A DNA stretch of 63,988 bases, filler included, from Asterionella formosa (GCA_002256025.1; 19 parts of 19 records of this genome joined end to end with filler, not necessarily neighbours in it); one strand, 5' to 3'. Numbered from the whole stretch's first letter, positions 10,410 to 23,701 are shown. Program-made: numbers and translations. The notes: generated from the letters alone by a model not told the origin.

Positions 10410-11149
10410 CATATTTTCTTAGGTGAATACCCAAAGGGATGTAACGAAAATGTCAATAACCCCTGCATATCAACGCTTATTGGGTGGATTTATAGTGGAA
10501 TACCCTTGTTGGGGTCCTTGTTGTTTCTTATTCTTTCTAATTTAGCCATTTATCTAAAGGTGCGCCACACCATTGCACAATCAGAACGATTTGCCTCAAG
10601 GGGATCACAACAGCAGAGGAATGTACGGCAACGTGATGTCGGAACACAAGCAACACTTTATGTCTTTGCATATTTCAGTTGTATTGGGTGGATGCTGGCT
10701 GTTAGAATTCTAGAGAGCAATGGTGTATCTCGTGACGACGAACAAAGTATTTATGGCATTCTCCTCCTCACGGGAATTTTTTACCCTGCTCAAGGATTCT
10801 GGTATGTCATCAGGCAGACAGGCAGGCAGACATGAAACTGTTGACTTTTTTGTTTCTCAATTTATCCCTTCACATTGCACCTTTTAGGAATTTTCTGGTT
10901 TTTATGCGACCAAAATACATGAAGCAACGACGACTCAACCCAAATGTATCCCGATGGGTGGCCATGAAGAGGTCATTCACTGCTGGGCAGCTAGCACGTG
11001 GTGTAACATCAGCTGCTGCGACTCAACAAAGTCGAGCACCTCGCAGCGTGAATACTAGTGTTTCAATAGAGCAGTCTGTTGAGTCTGCCGATTTTCCAAC
11101 TGAATGTGAAGCCAAGGAAGCGTCGCCACAGCTTCTTCTCCAGACTTGA
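10163..11149 (+). CDS. 7TM GPCR-like protein (diatom cAMP-receptor-like family), 3' part, 2 introns
   Basis: Spliced reading EPVMHLFSISYPLITA...GCWIGEYPKGC...QATLYVFAY...FYPAQGFWNFLVFMRP, using GT-AG introns 10280-10422 and 10802-10887. Confidence 0.8.
10366..10407 (+). repeat. (CT)21 microsatellite inside the GPCR intron
   Basis: Read directly from the sequence. Confidence 0.95.
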
Positions 11150-11413
11150 TTGCTTTGTAAGAATTCAAGCTACATATCCGCCTTTTTTGGTACATATCCT
11201 ATGAATAGATGTATTTTTAATATGCTGTAAATGTTTAGTTTTGTCAATACTATGTTGCTCAGCTGCCAGGCAGCACATGTGAGGGTTGACGGTGACACTT
11301 TCCTACCTAACTTATGTTGGCTGATGACCAGCATTTGAACTAATACACTCTGTCCGGCATCAGCTCAGATGACTTGCCTTATTGTTCGGCTGTTCCACGA
11401 GCCTAATCCGAGT

Positions 11414-11711
11414 NNNNNNNNNNNNNNNNNNNNNNNNNNNNNNNNNNNNNNNNNNNNNNNNNNNNNNNNNNNNNNNNNNNNNNNNNNNNNNNNNNNNNNN
11501 NNNNNNNNNNNNNNNNNNNNNNNNNNNNNNNNNNNNNNNNNNNNNNNNNNNNNNNNNNNNNNNNNNNNNNNNNNNNNNNNNNNNNNNNNNNNNNNNNNNN
11601 NNNNNNNNNNNNNNNNNNNNNNNNNNNNNNNNNNNNNNNNNNNNNNNNNNNNNNNNNNNNNNNNNNNNNNNNNNNNNNNNNNNNNNNNNNNNNNNNNNNN
11701 NNNNNNNNNNN
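11414..11711. other. Internal scaffold gap (N run without linker)
   Basis: About 298 Ns with no TTAATTAATTAA. Confidence 0.95.
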
Positions 11712-11752
11712 TCCAACTTATCAAGTCCCACTGGTGATGCCGGTTCCTCGAT

Positions 11753-12699
11753 CTACGAATCAGATTCGTCATATTGATCATCACTGGCAGGTAGTGACGA
11801 TGATAACTCGTCTCCGTCCAATGCCGTGGCGTCAACATTATTTGTCTCAATCATGAGGAGGGCATTGCGTTCATTAGGTTCTTTCGTTGTCTGTTCTGCC
11901 ATGCCATCAAATTTCATGGAAAGGAGAGTACACACATAGGCAGTTCCAAGAAACGAACAAGACACAATGCTCAATGTTGCTCCCGAATCTTTCGGACAGT
12001 CTGTCGTCAAAATTTTAGAAAAGTCCACATTATTTGTACACAAGGCCGAATCCAAAATCGAGAGAGTAAACAATTGGCAAATGGCAGCTGCTATAAAAGC
12101 GAGGGATGCCAACGCAAGTTTGTCAGGGACACAATTTGTCGTCAATTCTCCCCAGTACGTGAATCCCAAGCCAAGACACCCAAAGATGGGACTTAATATT
12201 GTCATGGCTTGTGCTGCCTTTTGTTTAGCATTGATCTCTTGTTGAGCATTGAACGATACGCAATCCGTCAATCCACTCCCGGCTTTGTATCGACCCCAAA
12301 TTCCATACATCAATGATCCTTTCCGGTTGACGACGGAAAAGAAGTGACACGATGTAGTCGATGCGATGGACAAAATCACTGCGACCCCACCAAAGACCAT
12401 TGCGATTGTGGCGCATTGGACAGCACTACCGGTAAAGTGATACATACATATATATATATTTATAAATATAAATATGATCAAGCATAAAATGTGAAAGAAG
12501 TTCCGTGAGAGAAAAGGGAGCAAGCACAAAGAATTGCCACTTGATGTTACTCCTGGCGCCGGTCATTATCAATGCCCTGCCAAGTTTAGTTTATGAAGAC
12601 TAGCTGTGGCAGCAAGAGAAGAAGGAACTACAAATGAGGAAATTCTCCAAGAACTCACCGTTTCCTAGCTCTATCGACTATTGTGTTCATTGTCGCCAT
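11753..12699 (-). CDS. Four-TM claudin/PMP22-like membrane protein
   Basis: ATG at 12699 (MATMNTIVDRARKR) splices through a GT-AG intron 12426-12658 into AVQCATIAMVF. Four hydrophobic segments, a YGIW...C loop motif and an acidic tail. Confidence 0.65.
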
Positions 12700-13547
12700 G
12701 ATGAATCGCCAAGTCTCGTATCGAAAGAATTTTGGTGGGTGTGATTATTCGCTCTAGCTAGGTGGATGAGTGAGCGAGGGAACTGTCGGAGCGATTGAGT
12801 ATTTCATACACCAGTATGTGTAGCTGTATACAGAATGATGTATATTACCGTTATTTATATACCGGTTGTTTACCAATTATTTATTTGCTGAAATTCTGGA
12901 TAGGACCTGGTACCAGTTACTACCCATGACATGGACGTTACTGGTAATGTGCTACAGCTCTGTATCCCAATATAATGCCGGTAAATCAATCCAAGCAAAT
13001 CAAGATACACCGATACCGGTGGTGGGCATTGGCAATTCCCGCTCCAGGTATCGTCTCGCCATTCGGGTATACCGTATACTTCATTGTCCTGAGGTTGCTG
13101 GACCCCCCTGTACATTTTTTCGAGGTGGCACCAAAAACCCAATAATTTTCTAGACATAGACAAAGGAACGTGCTATAATTCTGATTTTTGTGGCGGAAAT
13201 TGAATGACACTACTATTAAAAACTACCAGTAATATCAGTACTACTACCAATGCATACTACATATTAATCATGTCAACAACAAGATCAGCAACAATCAACA
13301 GTTGCCGAGATGGGGAGTTGCTTGGACTGAATCGTCTGCAAATAAAAAATATCGTACTTATAAGATCAGGGGTATCATACAATAACTGGCACAGAATTTT
13401 TCTGTGCATGATACATATTTCGTTATATGTATGATAAATGCATACTANNNNNNNNNNNNNNNNNNNNNNNNNNNNNNNNNNNNNNNNNNNNTTAATTAAT
13501 TAANNNNNNNNNNNNNNNNNNNNNNNNNNNNNNNNNNNNNNNNNNNN

Positions 13548-14930
13548 GCCGCTTTCCTCAATTGCTTGGACCAGGACTGTTTCCTCATTGGTTTCCTTAC
13601 TGCCTTCTTGCCTATTATCATTGCCCTGCCTATGTCGCAATCCAATTTTTCCCATTCAGCCTGTATGTCTTCCCTTTTTGCACTTAACCCTTCTAATGCA
13701 TCTATCCTTGCCACAATCTTATGAATGCTCCAGTATTTTTTTACTGCCTTAAGATATTTCCTGCATTCTTCTGGATTTGTAGACTGAAATTGTCTATTTT
13801 TGAATGCCGCGATCATATCATGTTGGTTTCCTCCTACTAACTTGTTTGCATGAAAATCAATGTATATTGATCGATGGTCTGCTTGCATGTGATGATTAAA
13901 AGGAAGTATCCTGCACCTTTCCACTGCCTCATTGCAATTTGATGTTCCCAATATATAATCTTTTGTTTTTGTACCCCTGTTATATGTAACTGGGCTTTGT
14001 AAAGTAGGATGCCTGTGTTGTAGTAAATCTGTCAATGAGCATTCACTTAGCAGTGTTGTGATTCACTTGGAGTTTATTCCAATTTCCTCATTAGCATCCA
14101 TCATCAAAATGATTTCCCTGCCTTTCCTTTGCTATTTGTTGATGAAAAAAATTATGTCTGTAACAAATTGTCCCCTTGGGTTTGGACTTTTTATCCCTTG
14201 TTTTGACATTAACATATGTTGTTGGTGATATGTTGTTCCATCCCCATGTTGAGGCATTGATACTTGAGACACTCTGTATGCTGTGATGATTGTGATTGTA
14301 ACTGAGTTTTTGCCTTTAAGAGTCATATAACTCCAACGTCCCAAACAACCTGAAGGATCTTCTCCCAAGTCCTGTTCCGCTCGGCCACACCATTTTCCTG
14401 TGATCCCCATCGCCATGCCTCCATTTATGGTTTGAGCTTGAGGGCAGCTTGCTTGTCGAAAATTCGCATTTTGCAGTTTGAAGTGCTCTTATTATTCTCT
14501 CTCTAAATTCCTCCTTTGTGCAAGGGTTCAACCAAATAGTGTTTGTTTCACTCCACCAAAACAGGCTAACTTGGGATGCTTTTATCGTTTCCAAATAGTA
14601 TGTCAAGTCTGTAGACGTCCTGTGAAGGTGTAGACCTTGTTTATTCTGAAAACATACTCTGAATGCCCATGTGCCTTGGGACATATCAGCCTGTCTCCCT
14701 GCTTGGAGTAATTTGGTTTGAATTTTGTTCCCTGTTGCTTCCCTTTGTTCTTGAAATTCTTGATGTTTCTCTGCTTTTTGTCTTCTGCTAGATGGTAGAT
14801 GCACCTTACTTTTTTCTACCGCACTCTTCTCCTGATTATCTACTCCTGTAGGTTTCTGAAGGGCCTTCCATTGTTTTGCCTCTTCATCTCCCTCTGACTC
14901 CATTGATAACGAAACCCACAAATTGCGTGG
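13548..14930 (-). mobile_element. Degenerate non-LTR retrotransposon, AP-endonuclease region
   Basis: Fragments LGRWSYMTLKGK...IITAYRV, MMDANE, TYNRGTKTKDYILG and ADHRSIYIDF are split by stops and frameshifts. Confidence 0.75.
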
Positions 14931-15402
14931 TTGCCAATAGCGGGCAATCAAGGTGGATGCAATGACGGTAGCATGGAATGGAGGAAAGCCCGCCATGGTG
15001 AAGAGGTGGATCAATTCGTGCAGGGATACGTAGAAACCCTGTAGGTGGCTGGTAATTATTATATTATACATTTACTGAAGGCGAGTTTTCCGAAAATAAC
15101 GAAAAACTAGCAGGCAACCATATTATGAGTCTCACAAACATACTAGTCTACCTGTACCTATAAATCCATATTCATCATAAGATTTGATGTTGTGACAGAT
15201 CAGCCCATGTCAAATGGTGCAATGAACAGAGCTTCTTCATGTTGGTCAATTTATTTCCTACTTGTACTATTTTTACTATGTCATGTGGTATGATTAATTT
15301 ATTTCTGAAGTGATTCTTTTATGGCCTATAGCCGCTACTGGTGTGATATGCTAGTTAGAAACAATGGAATGCAGCAAACAACTTCCCTCCTCCACCTGAA
15401 CT

Positions 15403-16698
15403 TTATTCTTCATGACCATCCTTATTGTCAACTACCTCAAGTTCACGATTAGTGCAATATGCAGCTCCAGAGCCACAATAGCCATAAGGGGAGCAACACA
15501 AACCTGCTTGGGGACAAATACCATTGCCACGTTGGCCACCACCACATGTGCCTGTTGAACCAGTTGTGTCACACCATGGTGATCCAACTCCACAATAGCC
15601 CCAAGTCGAGCAACATTGTCCAGCTTGAGGACAAATGCCATTCCCACGTTGACCAGATCCACAAGTACCAGATGCCACCACCACAGGTGCTTTCGGGGCA
15701 GGAGTTGAAACTGGAGTAGCAATGGGAGTGGGAGGACGAGGTGTTGGAGAAGGAACAACTGGCTGGCCGCTACTAACAATTTTCACCTCTGCACAATTCC
15801 AGAACTGCTCAGATCCACTGTAGGCTGGAGCAGGGCCGCATTTGGAGACGAGTGAGTCCATATTACCCCAGCTTGCAGGCCAGTTGTAGGCTTCATAGCC
15901 TGGGTAGTCACATGAGTTTCCAGTCAAATACCTCCACTGAATCAATACCAAGTCACCCACAGCACTGTTTGGTAGCTTCATACGGTAACTGAACATGTCG
16001 TTCTTTGGACCAGACACAGCTGGTGGAGCCATGTATGCTCTGTATGGGTAGTTTACATCTTTAGGAGACCCATACAACAAGTCCTCCACAAATTCCAATG
16101 GATTTGCTTGAAAACATCCTTGAGTGGCAATTTGTCCAGCATTGATGGGACAAGCAGAAAACTCAAAATGGCCCCGATGGTGCACATTAATCTACATGAG
16201 GAAATACATTTGGCAAAATTGAGAATGGATCTGTGAGTGAGTATGCAACAAAGATTCATGCTTACAGGGGCAGCCCTATGCCTTACCTTGACATCAACTG
16301 TGATGATTTGTCCTCTTGTATATGTGGCCTGTATTTTTGGAGCCAAGACACTTCCAGTGCTTGAGCGTGGGACATCATAATTGTTGCCATTGGGAAGGGA
16401 ACCAACCTTACCACACTGAGGTCCTGTTTATTTTGTTTTATTTTAATTTTGGTAGTTGTGAGTGGATGAATTGGAGAACAGCATGACTCCTGATCAATGC
16501 CATGATATGACCACATTTCTTACCAATGACATTTAAAGAATGAGCATCCCATTCTTTTAATGGGTCATTGGGTCCACCATTCCATGCTTCCTTGCCCTCA
16601 ACACTTGCAACATAGTTACGTGCACGAGGTGTTTTGAGGTAGCCATGGCCTTGGACTGAAAGGACAGAAGAGAATAGGATTAAAAAAGTCTTCAACAT
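15403..16698 (-). CDS. Secreted lytic polysaccharide monooxygenase (AA15-like) with two hevein/CBM18-like domains
   Basis: Signal peptide ending VQG then His1 ([11 protein letters not shown]); motifs [25 protein letters not shown] and EQFWNCAEV; Pro/Thr linker; two [25 protein letters not shown] domains. GT-AG introns 16424-16523 and 16192-16286 restore a single frame. Confidence 0.85.
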
Positions 16699-17442
16699 GA
16701 TCACTAGTTCTAGAAGAGGGAAGGTTTGATTTGTATTCAGGAAAATCAACAACTTTTTTTCTTGTTCTTGTTTTCTTTTTGTGAGGAAGAATTGGGAAAA
16801 ATCAATCCATAAATGGCTGAACATGAGGGAAATNNNNNNNNNNNNNNNNNNNNNNNNNNNNNNNNNNNNNNNNNNNNTTAATTAATTAANNNNNNNNNNN
16901 NNNNNNNNNNNNNNNNNNNNNNNNNNNNNNNNNAAGAAAAGAAAGTTTTCGCAATACATAACGAAAAACATTGTGACTTCGACACATTGCGCCTTCGAAG
17001 GATGGAGAATGTCTAAGGTAATGAAGCCATCAATGTGGTACTTGGATGACAATCGTTGGGAGACAGGCAGCAAAACAACAAATTGTTAACTAATCGCAGC
17101 CACATTTCCTTTTTTCTCAGTTGATTCAACAGCTCGTTTCGCTTGTTGGGGAGCACCAATGTAAAACAAAACCAAACCAAATTGCATAAGTGCTCTTGTC
17201 GCTCGTTGGACCTGTTCACTTCTGTTGGAACAAAACTAACAAAACGTTTATATTCTCTCAAAGTTAAGATGAGAAAAATGAATCGGTAAGTTTTATTCCA
17301 CAACATTGGATACCCGAAACTTACTTATTCAAGAATTTGGCTTACTGACAAGTTACTATTACAGACTTATGCATCAGTTGCATTGATTTGTGGTAAGTGA
17401 AGCAAGAGGATACGATGGAATTGCGTGTTCTTGTGTCAATGT

Positions 17443-17568
17443 AACATGACTAGCTAACAAACCATTCCTTCTCATTGTAACTGTAACAGCATGCATAGGA
17501 AAATAAACATGACTAGCTAACAAACCATTCCTTCTCATTGTAACTGTAACAGCATGCATAGGAAAATA
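17443..17568 (+). repeat. 63-bp tandem duplication
   Basis: AACATGACTAGCTAAC...GCATAGGAAAATA occurs twice in tandem. Confidence 0.9.
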
Positions 17569-18189
17569 AAAACAATCAAACAACGGAATAGTCGGCAAGT
17601 TCAGAATGACACTTACAGCAGGGAAAGAGACGCAGCATCAGTAGGGCACTGCCTCGCACACGATTCAGATCAGAGGAAGACAGAGCGAGAAAGGGATATA
17701 CATTGAGCCGAGTAGAGAGAGAAACGTTGGGTCGCTGGCATGTAGATTAATAGATAGCATTGCTTAATTTGATAGTTAAATTACGATCCATTTCAATCTA
17801 TTTTGAGCAATGCTTGTGATTAGAATTATGATCATGTTTACAATAGATTTACGATGAAACAATTCACATGATAGCATAGAGTTGAGCTGGTTTCCAGGAT
17901 ACGTTGTAGTTATAATTTACATCGGGCGATCACGAGAAGTGAAAATAATATGAGAAGGTTTATGATATTGATGGGAAATGTTGTTGATCAGTTTATATAC
18001 ATTGTGTGATGATAATGTTCTTATTATCATTATACTTCAAGGTCGGTAACATATTAATAAATCATCATAGATACAAGATACCTTGATCATATTTTTGATC
18101 CAAAAATTATCATATATACAAAAATCCTGTGCCACTTAGCGTACGATACCTGTGATCATATTTTCATGATTTTTTTTATTTACAGACGT

Positions 18190-18947
18190 GGGCCACGATT
18201 TGGACGCCAAGGCAGAAACTAACCCCAAAAAGTGTCAAATGTGTCGTGCTTGGATACAGCCATGACCACGCCAGTGATACCTACCGCATGTACAACGTTG
18301 CCACGAAAAAGGTCTTCAACACAAGAGACCTTAAATGGGCCGACTGGCATGGAAATGCCAAACCGACAGCGGACATGGACGAATTCACCACAGACGGATC
18401 CGGTATAGATGAAGAATTTGACACTCTTACTAAACCTTCCAACGCAATACCTCCTGACGAACAAGGGGCTGATACGCAACTACCAACGAAACCGGACGAT
18501 CCCAGTACTCCCAAAGGAGTGAGCTTTGCAGATTCCGTCGCAGGTGGTATGAATACGAACGAGCATCATACGAATTATGCTACGAAATCTACAAAGCTAG
18601 ATCGAGAAATGAATAGGCTATCAACAGGCCTTGTGACCTCGCCTACACCTACTCGTGTAGGTACACGTCAGCACTCATCCGCAGCACGCACGCTTATTTT
18701 GGATGACGACACGAATGAAAACCTCGAAGAGCACCAACCTAACGAGGAAGCACATTCAACGAGCCTAGCTTCTGACCCACTGGAACCCAAGAGCTACAAG
18801 CAGGCACTACTAAGTAACGAAAAAGACGAATGGACCAAGGCAATCAAAGCTGAGATTGAAAACTTCTACTCCCGCAAAGTGTGGAAACTACATCCTCGTA
18901 AGAATCTAAATGGACGAAAGCCACTTGGAGCAAACCAATTGTTATAA
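18190..18947 (+). mobile_element. Ty1/copia (CoDi-like) pol fragment: post-integrase SH3, linker and start of RT
   Basis: KCVVLGYSHDHASDTYRMYN and EPKSYKQAL...WTKAIKAEIENF...VWKL; truncated abruptly. Confidence 0.85.
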
Positions 18948-20315
18948 ACTTATATCTAATCATGGCATAGCCTTAAAGCGTACATGCTCAGGATTAGGGT
19001 CGAAGTTTTAAAATTAGCAAATCTGCATTTGCTAGGGTCGAACCGTGTTTTTCTCCTGTTCAGTGGGTCACAGCGGTTCCAAATTTGTTTTAGTGGGTCA
19101 CAGCAGTTTTTTACTGGTACCAGGGAGTACCAGGTACCCCCAGCAGTACATACGACGACAAATGATTCACAGAACAGGATCAAACAAACATGCGGTTTGT
19201 ACAAGCGTCGTCTTTTCTTGATAGTCCAATTTTTGGGGAGACAAAACTCCCTATTTTTCTGCCCTGATTAAGAAGCCATTATCTTTTACAGCTATTCCGT
19301 AGAACCTGGCTGGTGTCTCGTACCCCTTTACTTAGAGGGGAGTACAAAACATTGGACCTTTTTTGATCGTCAGACATTATGAAAAAGCAAACTTCAACGT
19401 TTCTTCATTTTCTAAAACATAAATAGCTCTATTCAAAGCAATGTTCATCAATATATTTCCACCAAAAGTCGACTACTATAGATATGGCTTTGATTTTGAT
19501 TACTAACGAGGAAAATCCAAGTGGACTACTCAAAAGGCAGGTGCAAAAAGGATTACTTCCATATTTCCCTTTTTTGGAACTCGTTTTCTTCTCCATTAAT
19601 CTTGTTGCGTTGTTGCGGGTTTGAGCATGTGAATTTCTCTGTACGTCTTCCATAAAAAAAATTTTATATATATAAATATAAATATATATACATATATATA
19701 TATACATATATAATTTCACATTCAGAAGTTTCTGGTTTAAGATGTTTCTGGTTCATTCATTCAAGACAACAGAGCCCATAATTGTTGATATGGTTATTCA
19801 GTCTTTCAAGTATTGTGGAAATATACCAAGTGGCTAACTCATAGGGTTAATTTTCCCATTGTTAACATGAGCCATTATATTATTTGTTGAACATTTATGA
19901 TAATGGGGAATAATGGATGGGACAGTATTATAAAATACTTTCCCGGTATATCATACTGTTGATCGATACGATCATCTTGAACTGGCTGGATCATAGAAGA
20001 AAGGTGAAATAAAAGGAGGCAGAATCTGCTTACATATTTTGGATGTATAGTAATAAAACAGAAAGAAAAACGTATAATATATAGATTCGGTGTTACTTTC
20101 CCCTTTGCTAAGGGAGTGATAGTGAGGAGGGCAGTATTTTATGTGACTTTTCACTGCTGTTTTCGAAAGGATCCCACACCAACCCGCAGTACCTGTTGTA
20201 GAAAATCAAATCAAANNNNNNNNNNNNNNNNNNNNNNNNNNNNNNNNNNNNNNNNNNNNTTAATTAATTAANNNNNNNNNNNNNNNNNNNNNNNNNNNNN
20301 NNNNNNNNNNNNNNN

Positions 20316-22445
20316 AAAGTTCAAAACTTGACTCATCAACAGTTATCGCACTCAGTTTTGAAACATTTTGCTCCTTGTGCCACGTCCATTCGGTTTGCTT
20401 CGAACGATGCAGTGCCTGATGAGGAAGTAAACGAGAAGAAAGCACCGGAATTGCTCGAGTTTAAAGCAGAGACTAAACAGTTATTGGACATTGTGACGAA
20501 CGCACTGTACACCGACAAGGAGGTTTTTCTTCGAGAGCTCATCTCCAACGCAAGTGATGCGTGCGAGAAGCTGCGACATATTCAAGCATCAGCACAGGAA
20601 ACCACTGTGGACCCGGACGTGCCTCTCGAGATTCACATCGAAACAGATGAAATTGCACAGACACTGACCATTAGAGATACTGGCGTTGGTATGACTCGAA
20701 ACGAGATGAAAGACAACCTTGGAACAATTGCCAGGTCAGGTTCCAAGGCCTTTATGTCTGAACTGGCTCGCAGCTACAAGGAAGGAGAAGTTTTGGATGT
20801 CCAACGAGGAATCATTGGAAAGTTCGGTGTGGGTTTCTATTCTTCTTTCATGGTTGGAAATAAGGTGGAATTCCGATCCAAGTCGGCTTTTGAAAAGAAT
20901 AAAGACCAACTCCCGAAGGTATGGAGTTCGGAAGGAACCGGCTCCTATGAGATTTCAGATTTGAACGACGACATTAGACAAGATCGAGGATCTTCCATCG
21001 TGATTCATTTGAAAGACGCTCAGATAGAATATTGCGATGAATCAAGAATTGAGAAGATCTTGATGAGATATTCCAACTTTGTCAACTTTCCCATATCCCT
21101 CAATGGTAGGATTGTCAACACTCAAAAAGCTGTATGGGCCATGGATCCAAAGGAAGTCGACGAGGACACATACACTGCGTTTTACAGGTACCTAGCCAAC
21201 GCTGTTGATGTCCCTTTGGATACAATTCATTTCCGTGCAGACGCACCATTGGATGTTAAGGCCTTGTTTTTCATACCATCATTTCATGCGGAGAAATACG
21301 GGATGGAACGAATGCAACCGGGAGTGAACCTATATTCACGTAAGGTGTTGGTTGAAGCCAAGTCACCAGATATTCTCCCTGACTGGTTAAGGTTCCTAAA
21401 AGGAGCTGTAGACTCCGAGGATTTACCTATTTCCATATCGCGAGAGCGTGCCCAAGACAGTGCCTTGATCAAAAAACTTCAAAAGGCATTGACAAGGAAA
21501 ATCATTTCTCACCTGACCACCATGGCCAAGAAAGACCTAGACAAGTACAAATACCAATTTTACAAGGAATACGCCTACTTTTTAAAGGAAGGAATTTGCC
21601 AGGACCATGAATTTCAAGAGCCGCTTAGCAAACTGTTGTACTTCGAAACTTCGAAGGGTAAGAAGAACCAAACCGTTTCGTTTGATGAGTACATCTCTCG
21701 TTGTGCACCAGAACAGAAGGAGATTTACTATCTCCATGTTCCTTCTCGAGAAATGGCTATTGAAAGTCCGTATCTCGAAGCATTCACCAAGGTGGGGCGA
21801 GAAGTGATATTTGTCTACACCCCCATTGATGACTTCGTTATGGCTAACCTCAAGAGCTTTCAAGGCCGCAATATTGTTACCATTGAAAAGAGTGGTATTG
21901 ATCTTGGCAATGATATGAAAAAGGAAAATGAGGATTCAAATTCCCATCCAGAGAAATTGTCTACCTCAGAAGCAGATGAGTTTTGTGCCTGGTTTAAAAT
22001 GACGCTAGGCAACGACAAAGTTAGTAGCTGTAATATAACCTCTCGTTTGGTTTCGTCGCCCGCAGTCGTTGCCAACAACGAATCAGGGGCTATGCGAAAG
22101 ATGATGCGTATGGTAGACACAACAGATGGCACTGGTGACTCTGATCTTCCGAAACAGCAAGTTGAGATCAACCCCGGGCATCCCATTATTATTGGAATCA
22201 ACGCAATCAGAGAAGCGGAGCCAATCCTTGCTAAGGTTGTTGCTGAGCAAATCTTTGATAATTGTTTAATGTCTGCTGGACTACTCGACGACGGAAGACA
22301 GATGATTCCTCGTCTTAATGACATTTTGCTCACAGTGATAAAGGACGCTAAGGTGCACGTGGAAGCCGTGAATCCAGGGAAGGACTCAGAAGTTGCTACC
22401 CCAATTGAAGTAGAAATTGTCAGTGAGAGCATGAATCAAAGCTAA
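20316..22445 (+). CDS. TRAP1: Mitochondrial Hsp90 (TRAP1/Hsp75), 5' end truncated
   Basis: EFKAETKQLLDIV, KEVFLRELISNASDA, NLGTIARSGS, IIGKFGVGFYS, GAVDSEDLPISISRE and EINPGHPII. Short charged linker, no MEEVD/KDEL, and an N-terminal transit-like remnant. Confidence 0.93.
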   Translation, partial: KVQNLTHQQLSHSVLKHFAPCATSIRFASNDAVPDEEVNEKKAPELLEFKAETKQLLDIVTNALYTDKEVFLRELISNASDACEKLRHIQASAQETTVDPDVPLEIHIETDEIAQTLTIRDTGVGMTRNEMKDNLGTIARSGSKAFMSELARSYKEGEVLDVQRGIIGKFGVGFYSSFMVGNKVEFRSKSAFEKNKDQLPKVWSSEGTGSYEISDLNDDIRQDRGSSIVIHLKDAQIEYCDESRIEKILMRYSNFVNFPISLNGRIVNTQKAVWAMDPKEVDEDTYTAFYRYLANAVDVPLDTIHFRADAPLDVKALFFIPSFHAEKYGMERMQPGVNLYSRKVLVEAKSPDILPDWLRFLKGAVDSEDLPISISRERAQDSALIKKLQKALTRKIISHLTTMAKKDLDKYKYQFYKEYAYFLKEGICQDHEFQEPLSKLLYFETSKGKKNQTVSFDEYISRCAPEQKEIYYLHVPSREMAIESPYLEAFTKVGREVIFVYTPIDDFVMANLKSFQGRNIVTIEKSGIDLGNDMKKENEDSNSHPEKLSTSEADEFCAWFKMTLGNDKVSSCNITSRLVSSPAVVANNESGAMRKMMRMVDTTDGTGDSDLPKQQVEINPGHPIIIGINAIREAEPILAKVVAEQIFDNCLMSAGLLDDGRQMIPRLNDILLTVIKDAKVHVEAVNPGKDSEVATPIEVEIVSESMNQS

Positions 22446-22589
22446 CAAGGAGAATACCGGTAATGCAAGTTAGGAAATTAGAAATGGTAGAAGTTCCTTT
22501 TTGCGTGATAGTTCAATAGAGATTCGGCCTGTGAAGCAAGATTGGCTTTTAAACATCATGCAGCTTAGGTGGTGAAATAACGTTCAAGA

Positions 22590-23589
22590 CTACATCGTCG
22601 CAGGAACAGATAGTTTGAGAAGCAGGCGCTTTGTAACATGGTCGACTTTGAGAGCCGAGCCCCATTCCTCGTACAGAGATCGAGCCTGTCGCAGTAGCTC
22701 ATGCCCCGCTTCAGTTTGTCCGATTGACTCCAAGGCGAAAGCTTTTCGTTCGCAAGCAAGGGCGTGCTCCTGTATGAACCCTTGCTTGTCGGCGAGTTCG
22801 ATGGCGCTATCATATTTGCCCAGTGCCAGTGCGACATTTCCGTCCAGGAAGAAAACCTCTGCTTCCAACAATGCAACCTTGTTCCTCGTGTTTTCAGGGC
22901 CAAGTAATTGCAAGTTTTTCAGGATTTTCAACTTCTTTCTCCCCAATCTTCGATTTCGGCGTTTATTTGATGTGTGCGCAAGTGCTATGACCGTCAGACC
23001 CTCAAGGAAGGCATGCATGCACACACCAACAGAAGACACTGCGTTCAATCGACATCTTCTTAGATTTTTGGCGGCCGTCATCGCGTCTTCAAATTCTTGG
23101 AGGTAATACGCAAGGAATAGCTTGTAAAGATGAATTGTCGTGACTACACTTCCATTCCTAGTTGCTGTCGCGCTGTCTAGCTCAGCTTTTTCATTCATTG
23201 CTTCGCCGGTAAGTTCCCAAGCATTACCATAACCTTGCCCCATGAGATTCAGCACAGCTTGCATGTTCGGCAGCAGCATGGAAAGCATTTGTGTCTGCTT
23301 ATACATTAGCATAAGCTCTTGGAACTTCCAGTTCTCGCCAGCAATATCACGCAGGGACCTGCCCGAATGAATCGAGCACGTAGCATACAATGCAGCGCTC
23401 AACATAGCAAACTCAATATCTCCAGTTGCAAGCCCGATACGATGAGCAGCCATCAATGGCTCGATTGATAGCTTGATGTCGTCCTTCCAAGTGAAAATCA
23501 TTCCGTGAACAGCAACTGCTGTTCTTGGGTACCATTCAGGAGTCGCGAAATGGTTTTGTAGACGCATTGCAAGCTGCCCATATCGATAT
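22590..23589 (-). CDS. Last exon of a diatom STAND/AAA-ATPase family protein (helical TPR-like C-terminus, similar to cyanobacterial Ser/Thr kinase-AAA sensors)
   Basis: GLATGDIEFA, WELTGEAMNE, NKVALLEAE, YDSAIELA...FIQEHALACE and YEEWGSALKV. Splice acceptor CGCAG at ~23590. Confidence 0.7.
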
Positions 23590-23701
23590 CTGCGTGGAAT
23601 NNNNNNNNNNNNNNNNNNNNNNNNNNNNNNNNNNNNNNNNNNNNTTAATTAATTAANNNNNNNNNNNNNNNNNNNNNNNNNNNNNNNNNNNNNNNNNNNN
23701 A

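Noticed and set aside
11360..11850. ORFs spanning the N gap or linkers
   Set aside because: They are artefacts of translating Ns.
17300..17800. Possible LTR belonging to the copia fragment at 18190
   Set aside because: No second copy, PBS or TG...CA boundaries could be established, and it is separated from the pol fragment by an ATCAT-type repeat.
21284..23106. Antisense ORFs over TRAP1 and the neighbouring gene (likewise over CDK, G-beta and M66)
   Set aside because: These are shadow ORFs of real genes with no independent motifs.
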